A stretch of DNA of 64,000 bases. It comes from Octopus sinensis. Lineage: Eukaryota. The stretch spans positions 19,096,001-19,160,000 of the forward strand of contig NC_042999.1 in NCBI RefSeq assembly GCF_006345805.1, written 5' to 3'. Below the pieces are notes generated by a model. The model was not told the origin of the DNA. It saw only the letters and a list, made by a program, of their open reading frames with translations, and did not search any database. A program made the translations under genes and the position numbers. Numbering within the stretch: the stretch's first letter is position 1; each line of letters opens with the position of its first letter. Positions 50,504-62,337 of the stretch are shown here, in pieces.

Positions 50504-51925
50504 TCACTTACCTGTCCTTTGTTTTTCATCGTCACTTGAATGTTCTTGCCAATACGAATAAATTCCATATCCATTCTTACTCCGAAATACTCATCCATAT
50601 TTTCAACGATTCATCGCTCATTCTTATATCTTTCACCTCCCAATTCTCCCTTTCACACCTCACCATAAACTCATCTATGTTCTTCTTTTCAATCACAGCA
50701 TACCTAGTCTCACCAACTTCATACCATTTATACTCTTCCATTAGACTTTTAACTTCTTTCTGTTCAGTCATAGTACAAATGTACGGCCTGATATCGAATT
50801 CAATCTCTTGTGTGTGTGTGTATTATTTTTTTTCTTTTGTTTTCTTGTTGGGGGGGAGCGGGTGGGTTCACTGTCTGCAGGAATAGGGTGGGACTCAGAG
50901 GGTGTGGGTGGTTTTGGGGTAGATTGGTGTTCCATGTTATTTCCTTTTCCTCGTATTCTTCTCTTCCTCTTATTTCCAACTTCCTTCCATTTCTGTGTAT
51001 TCTCTTCCTCTTCTACTGTCTCCTTCTCCTCTGGTTTCTGCTTCTCTCTGTGTGGTTCGGAATCCATTTCTTTCCCTGGGGGAGGGCAGAAGGCTCTTAT
51101 GTGACCCCTCAGGCCACACTTGTAACAACGTGGAGCTCTGCCCTCCACCCACACTCTCATGATCACGTCTCCCAATCTGATGCTTTCCGCCAGGTCCACC
51201 AGTACCTCGTTCTCCGCCTGCACGTTCAGCTCCACTGTTACGCCTCTCCAGCCCTCGGACTTAACCGAGGCATGGAGAATATCCACTTCCTCCTCGTGGC
51301 CGCTGATCACAGCCGCCACAATCCACTCTGCCTCTACGTTTGGTGGCACTCCCTCCACCCTTATTCGTGTAATCCTTCTGTTTAAGTACGTAGGTAAAAG
51401 TGTTACCTTTTCTGACTTCACCGCCTTCGCCGCCATCTTCCTCGCTGCAGACTCACTTTTAAAATGCACAACTACGGTACCGTACTTGGATCCTCGAGTC
51501 AGAAAATTAATTTCCTCCTCAGTTCTTCGCAGGGCCTCCTCTATCCACTCCATGTTTACAACTTCTACCCTCTTCCTTTCGTTTGCGAACACCCTGTAAA
51601 TAATGGTCCTCTTATCATACCATTCTTTTCTCCTGGGTGTCGGTGATAGTTCCACCTCACCGCTTTCCTTTTTCATGTATTTCTGGTAACTTGGTAGCTT
51701 GGCCAAGTCGACCCCTTTCTCTTCCGCCTTCTTGGTTACACCGGCATAGGTATATCCCAGCTTCTCGTCCAATTTCCTCGCTGCCATTTCTAGCTCCTTC
51801 TCAGACGTAGACAAGTCTGATAAAGACTCGAAAACTCCAGGCTTTTCTTCCATCAGCTTCATTGTAATTGCCTATTCCAGTTCCTCATCTGTCGTGGACA
51901 AGTCTGTTAGAGACTCATAGTCCAT
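50504..51925 (-). pseudogene. ORF1 copy 4 (nonsense TAG at codon 18; C-terminal indels)
   Basis: ATG at 51925 reads MDYESLTDLSTTDEELE*. ORF 50768..51862 carries the knuckle. Confidence 0.85.
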
Positions 51926-53134
51926 TTCCTTCTGTCTGACAGACCGAAAACGGCCGCCAAAACAGAAAAAAGTTTAACGCGCCGAACCAGCGAAACGCGA
52001 AACCGCATCAACGCCGTATTTATTGACCCTTTTCTTTCCTTTGAAAATCGACACGAACTTTCCGGACAACCCAATATAAAATGGCTGAGAACTACTGGTA
52101 TAGATACTTGCTATTTCGGCTGCTGCTGCTAACATAACTACTGTTCGTAAGGACGTTGCCACTACTGCTTGCCAATGTTGCTCTTCTGGCGTTTCTACAC
52201 CTTCCGAGATTTGTATCTGAATATTGTAAGACTTTAGTCTTGCTTTCATGGGAGTGAATGTCGCTCCTGTATCGGATGCTTTTTAAAATACTGTCTGTAA
52301 TCGTTATGTCGATGCTGATAGATTAGGTAGAGCCGTTTAGACATAGGGCTTGTAATAATCTAGGCGTGGTCTTTCCGATCACTTATAAAACTCTTTATCG
52401 GTTTGCTTCACTCTTCCTCCCTGTGGGTTTCATATATCAGAGAGAAGCAGACAGGCACCGGGAACGATTTAGCATTACTATAAAATACTATAGACGTGAA
52501 TTTAAATAGAATACGAATAGAATTCGAGAGTAAGACAGACGTAGATTAGACACAAACATCCGCAAAAATGCTCTTTGCAGAGAGCATATCTCTTCGTGAG
52601 ATATGAATGCAGCAGACCACTAGGGCATTATACACGCGCGCGGTAACACACACACACACACACACGTACACACATGTATATATGATTATATATAACCATG
52701 CATATGAATATTGATATGAACATTTTAAATATGCATGTATGTGTATGTGTGTGTTTATATATGAATATATAGTTATATAGATTTAAATATACACGCGTTG
52801 GTTTGCTACGTGGAAATAGTTTTTAGTTCCATTTATTATATTTCTCCATTCATACTATGAATGACGTTTACTTTCTATGGCGCGTATTCTTTTTACATTA
52901 GTTATTTCCATGGTAACGTAATTTTGTTTGGTTTTTAACGGCTAATAATCTAATTTCACTTCATAATTTGTAACTGAATTGTAAGTATGTATTTGATTTA
53001 TCCTTATGTCATAATGTTATTTTTGATATTCTGGTTAATTACGATGTATTTATTGTGTTTTCATAAGAGTGTTTATGTATATGAGATTGGTTGTGAGTTT
53101 TTATTGTATAATTAATTTATTTATCTGTATGAGT

Positions 53135-54172
53135 GTGGGTGTAAATATTGTTGTATATATCGAGTTTTAGTGAGTATGTATATGCGTATATGTGAGGGAG
53201 CATATGTATCTGTTGTGTGTGTGTTTTGAGTGTGTGTGTGTTTGTGTGTGAATGTGTATTTGGGTTTGTTATTTAGGATTTGGGATGTATGTGTTATTTT
53301 GTCTGTCTGGGGAGGGAGTGGTTTTTGGTGTATATTGAGGTTTATAAGTTAGTATAGGTTTGTGTATAAGTCTTGGGTCTGTGGTTTACGTGTGGGTTTT
53401 TTGTGTGTGAATGTTTAGGTTAGGGGGATTGCTATATAAGTTTGTTATAGGTTTTTAAAGGGAGATTTTATCGTTATATACTTTTATGAGTTTTGGTTTA
53501 TCATGGTTTTCTTAGGTAATTCGTGGTATTTTGTCTATTTTAGGTGTTGGTTATTTTTTTACATTGTTTCATTCATAATTTTTGAGTGGTGTTCGTTTTG
53601 CCACGTGAATAACCGGGTGGTGGGGACTAGCGTTACTTGGAATGTGAATGGAATAGTGTAGTAGTGAGGTAGGCATAGAGAATGGGATTGGTTACTGCAA
53701 GTTGTTTGTTAGAGATGCTAAGGTGAGTTAAAGCTCATAAATGTATAAAATGTATATAATGTTTTGTGGGTGTGTAAGTATTGTTGTATATGTCGAATTT
53801 AGTGAGTATGTATAGGTGTATATGTGAGGGAGTATAGTATCTTTTGTGTGTGAGTGTTTTGCGTGTGAGTGTGTGTTTTGTGTGTGAATGTGTATATGGG
53901 TTGTATTTAGGTTTGGGATGTATGTGTTAATTTGTCTGTGTGGGGAGGGAGTGGGTTTGGTGTATATTGAGGTTTATAAGTTAGTATAGGTATGTGTATA
54001 AGTCGTGAGTCTGTGGTTTACGTGTGTGTATTGTGTGTGAATGTTTAGGTTAGGGGGTTTACTTTATAGGTTTGATAGAGTTTAGCAAAGGGAGATTTTA
54101 TCGTTATATGTTTTAAGAGTTTTGTTTTATCATGGTTTTTTTTAGGGAATTCGTGGTAATTAGTCTATTTTC
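53135..54172. repeat. Two diverged ~405-bp direct repeats (53135-53540, 53765-54172) in an extremely G/T-skewed tract
   Basis: Shared blocks agtgagtatgtata..gagggag..gggagattttatcgttatat..aattcgtggta; C is almost absent from the + strand. Confidence 0.85.
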
Positions 54173-54282
54173 GATATGGATTATATATAGGTTATATATG
54201 GATTATATACTTATATTTTTTTCATTTATACTTTAATTATTTAAAAGTATTATTTTTATATTTTAAAATTTTGATTTTTTAG

Positions 54283-54505
54283 ATTGGAAGTCCACCTGAA
54301 GATTGTCGATCAAGACAAGAAACGATTGTAGTGGCGGTTTTTTTTGACTATTTATTAATTTTATGTATTGATTAAGTCTTCCTTGTTTGTTTTGCAAAAT
54401 AGTGGTTTTGTCTCAAATAATATTTTATAATATTTTACTATAAAATTGGATTTAATCCTAAATCTGATTTTTTTCCCTGTAAATTTGGATATATCCCTAA
54501 TATTA
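54283..54505 (+). mobile_element. Penelope-like terminal repeat (family C)
   Basis: Near-identical to 21514-21660 and to the reverse complement of 21263-21488. Confidence 0.9.
54292..54334 (+). ncRNA. Minimal type I hammerhead ribozyme motif (family C)
   Basis: Identical to 21522-21564. Confidence 0.88.
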
Positions 54506-55592
54506 TTATTATATTTATATATATATATATAAATGTATGCTTATATATGTGTGTCTTCATGCGTGTGTGTGTGTGTATGTTGTGTGTGTACTCATTTCTA
54601 AATGCGATCGTATATGTTAGTGTGTAAATATATGTGTTTGGGCTTGCAACATCAATTTCCCATTTGATGTGTTGTCAGTTTTGAAGTAAACAATGTATAT
54701 AACATTATTTACCGAATATCATATGTCTGCTAGATATGTATTCCCATGTCAGAATCTGGTTCAGTCAAAGTTATACAGCGCGAAACAGATGCAGAATGAT
54801 TGAGAGAGAGAGAGAGAGAGAGACAGAGAGTGAGAGAGTGAGAGAGAGAGATAATAGTCAACGAAAGAAATAGCGAATAAAATGATATATATATTATTAA
54901 TGTTTCTATTGAATGTGATAATAACGAATGACTGCGATAATCGTGATATAAAGTATAAACTTACGGCCATGATGATGAAGATGATGACGACTGTGATAAT
55001 GATGGTTATGCTAATGTGTAAAATATTTATGTCTGCTATGGTTTGGTTATTTATAGTGATGGTGCTGGTCTTGGTGATGCAGTAGGAATCGTTTGTTATG
55101 GTAATGAAGACTGAAGAAAAATATAAATAAAAAACAAAAGTAAGTGAAAAAAAAAAATATATATATATATATTTGAAATGTTATATGTATTTTATAGATT
55201 CGGGTTATTTCGAATATTGATAACTATGAAATATTATAGTCGTTTACATATATATATATTATATATATATAATATATATATATATATATTATATATATAT
55301 ATATATATATGACGATACAACTGTTATACACTCACACAAACATATGTGTGTGTTTTGTGTGTTCGTTTGTGTGTGGTGTGTGCAATGGTCGTGTCATTAT
55401 GTTTATAATTTTAGGCACCTATTATATTTTCATAGTCATCAAATAATATTCGAAATATTCGAGATTATATACATATGTATATATATATATACGGTGTATG
55501 TGTGTACATATATGTATATATACATGTATGTATATATATACAAAGATATATACATAAGTATATATACACGCACATACACACACATAAACACA

Positions 55593-55628
<36 letters not shown>

Positions 55629-57422
55629 TATATATATATATATATATATATACATATCAGTAAAGCTACCGATCAGGCAATTCTCCTACTTCTCTCTATT
55701 TCTTTGAGAAACGAAAAGAGAAATGTTTATAATAAGCTGTGGTAAGCACACCAAAACACATGTGGCAAGTGTGACGAAAATCCAATTGAATTTAGTATAG
55801 CTTATCCGCTCGGTAATCCTTTAAAAAAAGGGCACCACAGAGGCAAGAAGACCAAAACTACAAAGCTGGCCACAGTATCAGAAGCTATTTCGTATGTGAA
55901 TTACGGGAAATTAGCACTTTTATAGATCTTTTAGCACTTTTGCGCTCTTTTGTGATCGCTACATGGACACTAAGTTGACATTGGTAAAATTCTTCTGACT
56001 TGAGTGTACAAGCTTTTTTACACTTGAAAGTTCGAAATATCCAGTGCCCACGGCTGATGTGTTCAAGTGAATCACCAGTTGACATAAATAAAAGAATGTA
56101 AAATTGACAAGTGTATTGTGTTGATACAGTCAAGAATTCTACTAAGTTGCTCCGTGATCATTACGTTCAATTTTCATTCATATTTAAAATGCTATTTCTT
56201 TGAATAAATTGACACCATCTTGGCCTTTGGGTTGTACTCAAATTTACTGGAATAAATCATAGAATCGGGTAAGATTGCTTTTTGCCCCTGCTATATTTTT
56301 TAGTATGTTAAGGATTTCATTATTAACAGCGTATTCAGTATATTGTTCTGTCTTTGATTAATATATTGCACCTCCTAAAAATCTATATCTATCTTCCTAT
56401 AATTTTCACCAATAGGACATGATATGTGATTTAATGAAACGTGACGCTTGCAGATGTAGACACAATGCAAACTGCCGAATCACCTCTGGGAGATTTTGTC
56501 TCTTTTCACAAATAAGCATATTGAATGTGATATCCAAATTTATATATTCATATAGAATGATGCTGTGTTACTGATTTAGCTATTAATGCTCAGTCATAAA
56601 TTAGCGTCATCTAGTGAAGAGGGTTTCGATTTCCGAACACCTATTATATTGTAAAACTATTTACAGAATATCATATGTCTACTAGATATGTATTCCCATA
56701 ATGGAGCGTCACCTAGTGATTAGTGTTTTGATTTCCGTACAGGTCAATGCATTGTGATCTTGCGTAAAATACTTCTTTGCTCCATCCACCCAGCTGCAAA
56801 CGAATAACGCTGCGACGGACAGGCTTCTCGTTCAGCGGAACTGTTGTGATCTCGGACACTTATACGGCTTGGAAAAAGCGGTTATATGAGTCACAGGACT
56901 CATACCTCTAGTAATCGGAGGTGGAGATGATGATGATGATGATGATGATGACGACGACGACGACGATGATGATCCTTGCACACATATTTTAATACCGTTG
57001 TACATGTCATAATTTTCTTTATAGATTCACAAATAGTTTCTCTACTTCTTAATTTCAACAGCATAGAAGGCATGGTGAGCGCTCACTGATGACTTTTTAC
57101 TGAATAATAATATATTATGATCTAAAACATGTGCCACAGTTTTTATATTACTTACTTTAGTTCGTCAGCAATCAAGCACATTGTTTTCTCATACGAACTC
57201 TAATGATATCATTGTTAATGATGTCGTATGTGATGATATCTTTGTAGGCATGTAATATTTCTACTGTGACTAGGCGTATCTATGAGTACTTTTATGTGCG
57301 TGTGCATAGATACGTACATACAACTAAAAATACAAACGTTCATACGTATATGTAAGAAAGAATATTTCATTTCCCAAGGAGGACAAATACATATTATTCA
57401 CCTCTTTCATATTGTTATAAAA

Positions 57423-57593
57423 GGTGCAGGAGTGGCTGTGTGGTAAGTAGGTTGCTTACCAGCCACAGGCTTCCAGGTTCAGTCCCACTGCTTGGTACCT
57501 TGGGCAAGTGTCTTCTACTATAGCTTCGGGCCGACCAAAGCCTAGTGAGTGGATTTGTTAGACTGAAACTGAAAGAAGCCCGTCGTATATATG

Positions 57594-57658
<65 letters not shown>

Positions 57659-57795
57659 TTGTGTGTCTGTGTTTGCCCCCCGCCCCATCTAACATCACTT
57701 GACAACCGATGACGGTGTGTTTGCTTCCCCGTTACTTAATGGTTCAGCAAAAGAGACGGATAGAATACGTACTAGGCTTCCAAAGAATAAGTCCT
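57423..57795 (+). mobile_element. tRNA-derived SINE with internal (TG)n, 3'-truncated
   Basis: Same family as 31508-31986. Confidence 0.9.
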
Positions 57796-57935
57796 GAAAA
57801 GAAAATAGACACACACATACACAAACACACAAACACACACACACACACAAACGCACAAACACACAAACACACACACACACACAAACGCACAAACACACAA
57901 ACACACGCACATACGCACACACGCACACAAACACA

Positions 57936-58205
57936 GGCGCGGGGCTTAGTGGTTAGAGCATTCAGCTTACGATCGTAAGTTCGTGAGTTCAATTCCCAGG
58001 TGACGCGTTGTGTCCTTGAGCAAGACGCTTTATTTCACGTTGCTCCAGTTCACTCACCTGGCAAAATTGACTGGTTCCTGTATTGCAAAGGGGCCAGCGT
58101 GTCTGTGGAGTGTTCAACCACTCTCACGCTAATTTCTCGAGCAAGCTATTACGTTGATCGTATCAGCTGGGACGCTCTCGTCGGCGTAACCAACGAAGTG
58201 CTCCT
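57936..58205 (+). mobile_element. tRNA-derived SINE
   Basis: ggcgcggggcttagtggttagagc..gagttcaattccc..gtgtccttgagcaagac. Confidence 0.85.
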
Positions 58206-58264
58206 TCCTTCTTTATATATGTGTGTGTATGTGTGAGTGTGTGTATACATATATATATGTATAT

Positions 58265-58294
<30 letters not shown>

Positions 58295-58295
<1 letters not shown>

Positions 58296-58796
58296 CTAGC
58301 AGTATCGCCCGGCGTTGCTCGGGTTTGTGAGGGAAATAACTGTATATGCATTTTTAGAGAGTTACTTCCCTTATAGATGCCAATTCGGGCTTTCTTAGCC
58401 ATTTCTGTTTTGGTGTCTTCAAGCCATGAAGTCGTTGTTCTAAAAGAACGCTGGTCTCCTTGACAACGCATTACGACGTTGATTTCCTTAAACTCCCTTC
58501 CCCACAGCTTCACGAGGGAGGGAAGAAGGGGGAGAAGCAAACACAGGTGCAGGTGTTTGAGCGTGGACGCCAACTCCGCCGCCATCGACACACGAAAAAT
58601 TATGCATTAAAATGGAATAAAAAATGATGTTAAATTATTTTTAAAATCATAGACTCATCATAGACGCGCGCTAATAGCCAGACGGGCTCGATATTAATCA
58701 CGACTATACGATACCCGAATTTGGTTAAACTGCACCGCAAAATGTGGGAGGAGTTAGGAATCTAAATCGTAGGAGACAGACACTCACACAACTACA

Positions 58797-58810
<14 letters not shown>
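58295..58810 (+). mobile_element. Non-autonomous Helitron-like element (Lep1-type architecture) in (TA)n
   Basis: Starts ACTAG with the subterminal hairpin cccggcgttgctcggg. Ends cccgaatttggttaaa...ggaggagttagg..acagacactcacaca..ttttatatatata. Confidence 0.7.
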
Positions 58811-58836
<26 letters not shown>

Positions 58837-58853
58837 CACACCCTTACACCCAC

Positions 58854-58893
<40 letters not shown>

Positions 58894-58949
58894 CTTATCT
58901 AAGCAATTATTGTTAAGCTGTGCCGATTTTACACTTCTATAAGTAATAA

Positions 58950-59185
58950 TGATATTTGATAAGCTTAAAGCTTATAAGCGATACCAGTGCATTTACTATG
59001 GTTAGATAGTCTAATATTGGTACATATATGCCTCTGACGGCACAAATCTGGGTTTTCCATAAGCATTGGCACCCATGCGTTCGCCAAACCGACGTCAAAA
59101 CATTTTTCCGTAGAGGTCTTATATGCCTCAATATTAGACTATTCGCCTTAGTCAATGCACTGTGTTCGCTTATAGGCTGTAAGGT
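58950..59185. repeat. Old imperfect fold-back (MITE-like) element
   Basis: Nested complementary blocks: cttataagcg/cgcttatagg, agtgcatt/aatgcact, atagtctaatatt/aatattagactat, cctct..acgg/ccgt..agagg. Confidence 0.7.
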
Positions 59186-59196
59186 TATAAAACATT

Positions 59197-59286
<90 letters not shown>

Positions 59287-59948
59287 TGTCATGCATATAT
59301 ATATAGACACACATATGTCTACAAATATTTAGGTATGAACACATCTATGCAAGCATATGTTTTGCATACAATGTATTTAAATCCATTTTAGTTGCGACTC
59401 CCATAAACAAAATTCTTTTTTTTTTCTTTGGCAAATCCTAGCGTTAGGCACTTTTATTCAGTCATTGTTATAATATATTCTTTATGTTTCGAATACAGTT
59501 TAGAATTCGCTAAGTTATATGTAGTTGAAAATCCCTATAAAAATCTAAATAGAAAATAATAAAATGATAATGTAGTGAGTCATGTGATGTAAAGAACTTG
59601 CGTATTTGTAATGACAATATATTTCGCAAACCAAGCAGAAATACAAATCAATGTTTGTTACCTTCGCCCACAGGACAAAATGGTAATATAATTTTTATCC
59701 AGAGTAGGCATAATAGTCCTATAAACCTGAAAATGTTTTCAAATGTAAGCCACGTATGTATGCAAATAACTGCAGCGAATTTTACAAACCTGGTATATCT
59801 TTTTACTTGTTTCTTGCAAAAGTACAAAATACGTTTAAGAAGAATAACACAATACAACATTAAATAAAGGACAAGCGTTACAATCCTTGCTAAAATTTTT
59901 TTAAATAGGCTTGGTTACATTGCTAAATTTCGACTCGGTATATTCATG

Positions 59949-60195
59949 ATGTGGAGGCGTGTGGATTAATGATTAGGGTGTCAGTATCATGATCGTGAGA
60001 TTGTGGTTTTGATTCATGGACCGGGCGACGCGCTGTGTTCTTGAGCAAAACACTTCATTTCATGTTGCTCCAGTCCACTCAGTTGGCAAAAATGAGTAAC
60101 GCTGCGATGGACTGGCGTCCCGTCCAGCTGCGGAATACATACGCCATTGAAACCGGGGAACCGGACGCAAGAGTCTGGCTAGGCTTTAAAAGAGC
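59949..60195 (+). mobile_element. tRNA-derived SINE
   Basis: Collinear with 24374-24637. Confidence 0.9.
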
Positions 60196-60929
60196 TCAAA
60201 AATATATATTTCATGTTAATATTTTAACTAATTCCATGTTTAAACTAGTTCATCTTTCGAAGAGAGGATTAGTTCCCATAGAAAATTTATTTTCATTTTT
60301 ATTAATTAATAATTAAACTAGCCAGCGATTCACCGTTATAGAATAGCAGTACGTCGGAAATCGAGTGTTTTAATAGTTCAGATTGTAAGCGTTAAGTTGA
60401 TAGTACACGTTTGAATTCTTTCATAGCATCTTTTCTTATGATGATTAGAAATTTACTACTTTGTAATTCATTTAGTAACATTAATAATTTATAAAGTTAT
60501 AATGAATCTGCAAAATAGAAATTATTCTGCACAATGGCGACTGACCTTACAATGAGGTCACTCGAAGTTGCATAATCCAGAGTCCGAAAATAAGTAAATA
60601 TTATTTGCTAGAGATTTCAGAGAGATAACATTGCCTCTCTGAAATGATCTCATCGGAGAAAGATTCAAGAAGTGGGTATACTTTATATTGTTTAAAACTT
60701 ATAGTCAACAGCAGAGGAAAATTGTCAATTTCCAGGCCATGAGACAAAACTTAATAGCAATATCTTCCTTATAGAAGCAACAATGCTCGTAAATATAAAT
60801 AAACTTTCCAATCTTGTTAACTTAGTAACAATTGATTATTTTTAGTGAAACCGAAAATTTTATTAGAAAGAAATACATATATTATTCAGTACAAGCTGGT
60901 ACTGAAAAGTTCTTTGTTTTATGTACACA

Positions 60930-61060
60930 AAAATAATGGGGCACCAGTTTATTATGATTTTATTCAGCATATTCCCCTCTCAGCTTCACCCATTTATTGC
61001 AAAGGTCCTTCATATTTTAATCCCTGTAAAAGAACTCGGAAGTTTGAGCCTCTAAGGAGG
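60930..61060 (-). pseudogene. Mariner transposase C-terminal relic
   Basis: FYRD*NMKDLCNKWVKLRGEYAE*; DNA similarity to 45845-45925. Confidence 0.55.
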
Positions 61061-61870
61061 CCATTCGCAAGAGCCTTAAAGCCAGAACCTTTTTACCAAC
61101 CTCTCGTATCCTTTACCAGAGAATAGTTTCAATGGATGTTACTGCAATGATTACAATAACGTATAGATACGCATACAATATAAACACAAGCAAAGACTAA
61201 TTACTAAATATGTTAATGATAAACAATTGATTATTAATGAATTTGATGAGATTTTGAAATATAAAGTATTATTCCATATTCTTGTGGTTTCTGGATTCGT
61301 GGTCAAGTTAAGTTTTGAAGGAACAGTCTTTAGGTCTACGTATCTCCGAGTAGCTATTTAACAATGGTGTCGTTAGCATTACATGTAATGCTCTATATAT
61401 GCTATACATGTATGTAATGCTACATATATATATATATATCTTAGGTTTTTAAAGAATTCTTCACTCTATGTTAAAATACGTTACATATTTCAAGTTCAAA
61501 ATATATCCAGAATAGCAATTTTTCAATTGATTTGCTAATATATGTATGTGTGATTGATAGGATGTAATTTAAAAGCGGTAAATGTTAGGCCTATATAATT
61601 GAAAAAGAAATTATAAGTTTCCAAGTAATATTTATGGATGACAATGTATGGGATTGTTTTAGAGAGGATGCAATTGCGGTTTGTATATTAATTTTGGGAT
61701 ACCTTAAAACTCACACAAATATCATTTATCCCTCAGTATTTAGCTACAATTTATGTTTTTTAACAAAGAATATGAACCTATACTGGCATCAAATGCCATT
61801 ATATACCTTGTTTGCATTTGTTCAAAAATTGCCGTCGCCTCATTCTCTTACCTCATCTCTCTCCCTCCCC

Positions 61871-61904
<34 letters not shown>

Positions 61905-62163
61905 AGGAAGGTTTAATGCTTTCATTTTCGCTTAAACACGTAAAATAACTTCCAATATATTCCTGCAGTCGAGAATGAGAAAGGTATCCAGTGGGTAATT
62001 CTGTGTCGGAGAAAGAAATTGTCCTATATACTTTCTCCATAAAAACACTTCTAGTCGAAATTCACTTCGACGTGATTTCATCAACCCAACTGTGGACATT
62101 GCTTCCTTCATTACAAGCTTGCCCGAAACCTGTGTTCCTGTAAAGAAAACAGAAACTAATATT

Positions 62164-62207
<44 letters not shown>

Positions 62208-62284
62208 GGTATATACTGAAGCTTACCAAGCTGTAGCGAGTGCCTTTTATTTCCAACGTTCAAAATTCTTTATAAATAACGTAG

Positions 62285-62333
<49 letters not shown>

Positions 62334-62337
<4 letters not shown>

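Larger units (their letters stand above)
46158..52017 (-). mobile_element. Head-to-tail array of four ORF1-only (gag-only) non-LTR elements, probably Tx1/L1-derived and HAL1-like. Units: 46158-47913 (full), 47914-48598 (5'-truncated), 48599-50341 (full), 50342-52017 (lacks ~95 bp of the 5' end)
   Basis: Repeated unit of ~190-bp 5' UTR, ORF1 with CYKCGLRGHIRAFC, and ~155-bp 3' UTR ending gtgggtAATAAAgaa. No RT or endonuclease is present. Confidence 0.88.

Noticed and set aside
46350-51646. Plus-strand ORFs across the array (e.g. 46357..46968, 49054..49833)
   Set aside because: They are antisense shadows of ORF1; the synonymous pattern and CCHC motif support the minus frame.
46158-52017. Interpretation as an LTR retrotransposon, a CRISPR-like array or a telomeric array
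   Set aside because: There are no LTR/PBS/pol features, no repeat-spacer structure, no telomeric repeats, and ordinary genomic DNA lies on both sides.
51974-52285. ORF 51974..52249 and the upstream ASDTGATFT motif (protease- or integrase-like)
   Set aside because: The motif match is short, there is an upstream stop, and no other retroviral domains are present; unsupported.
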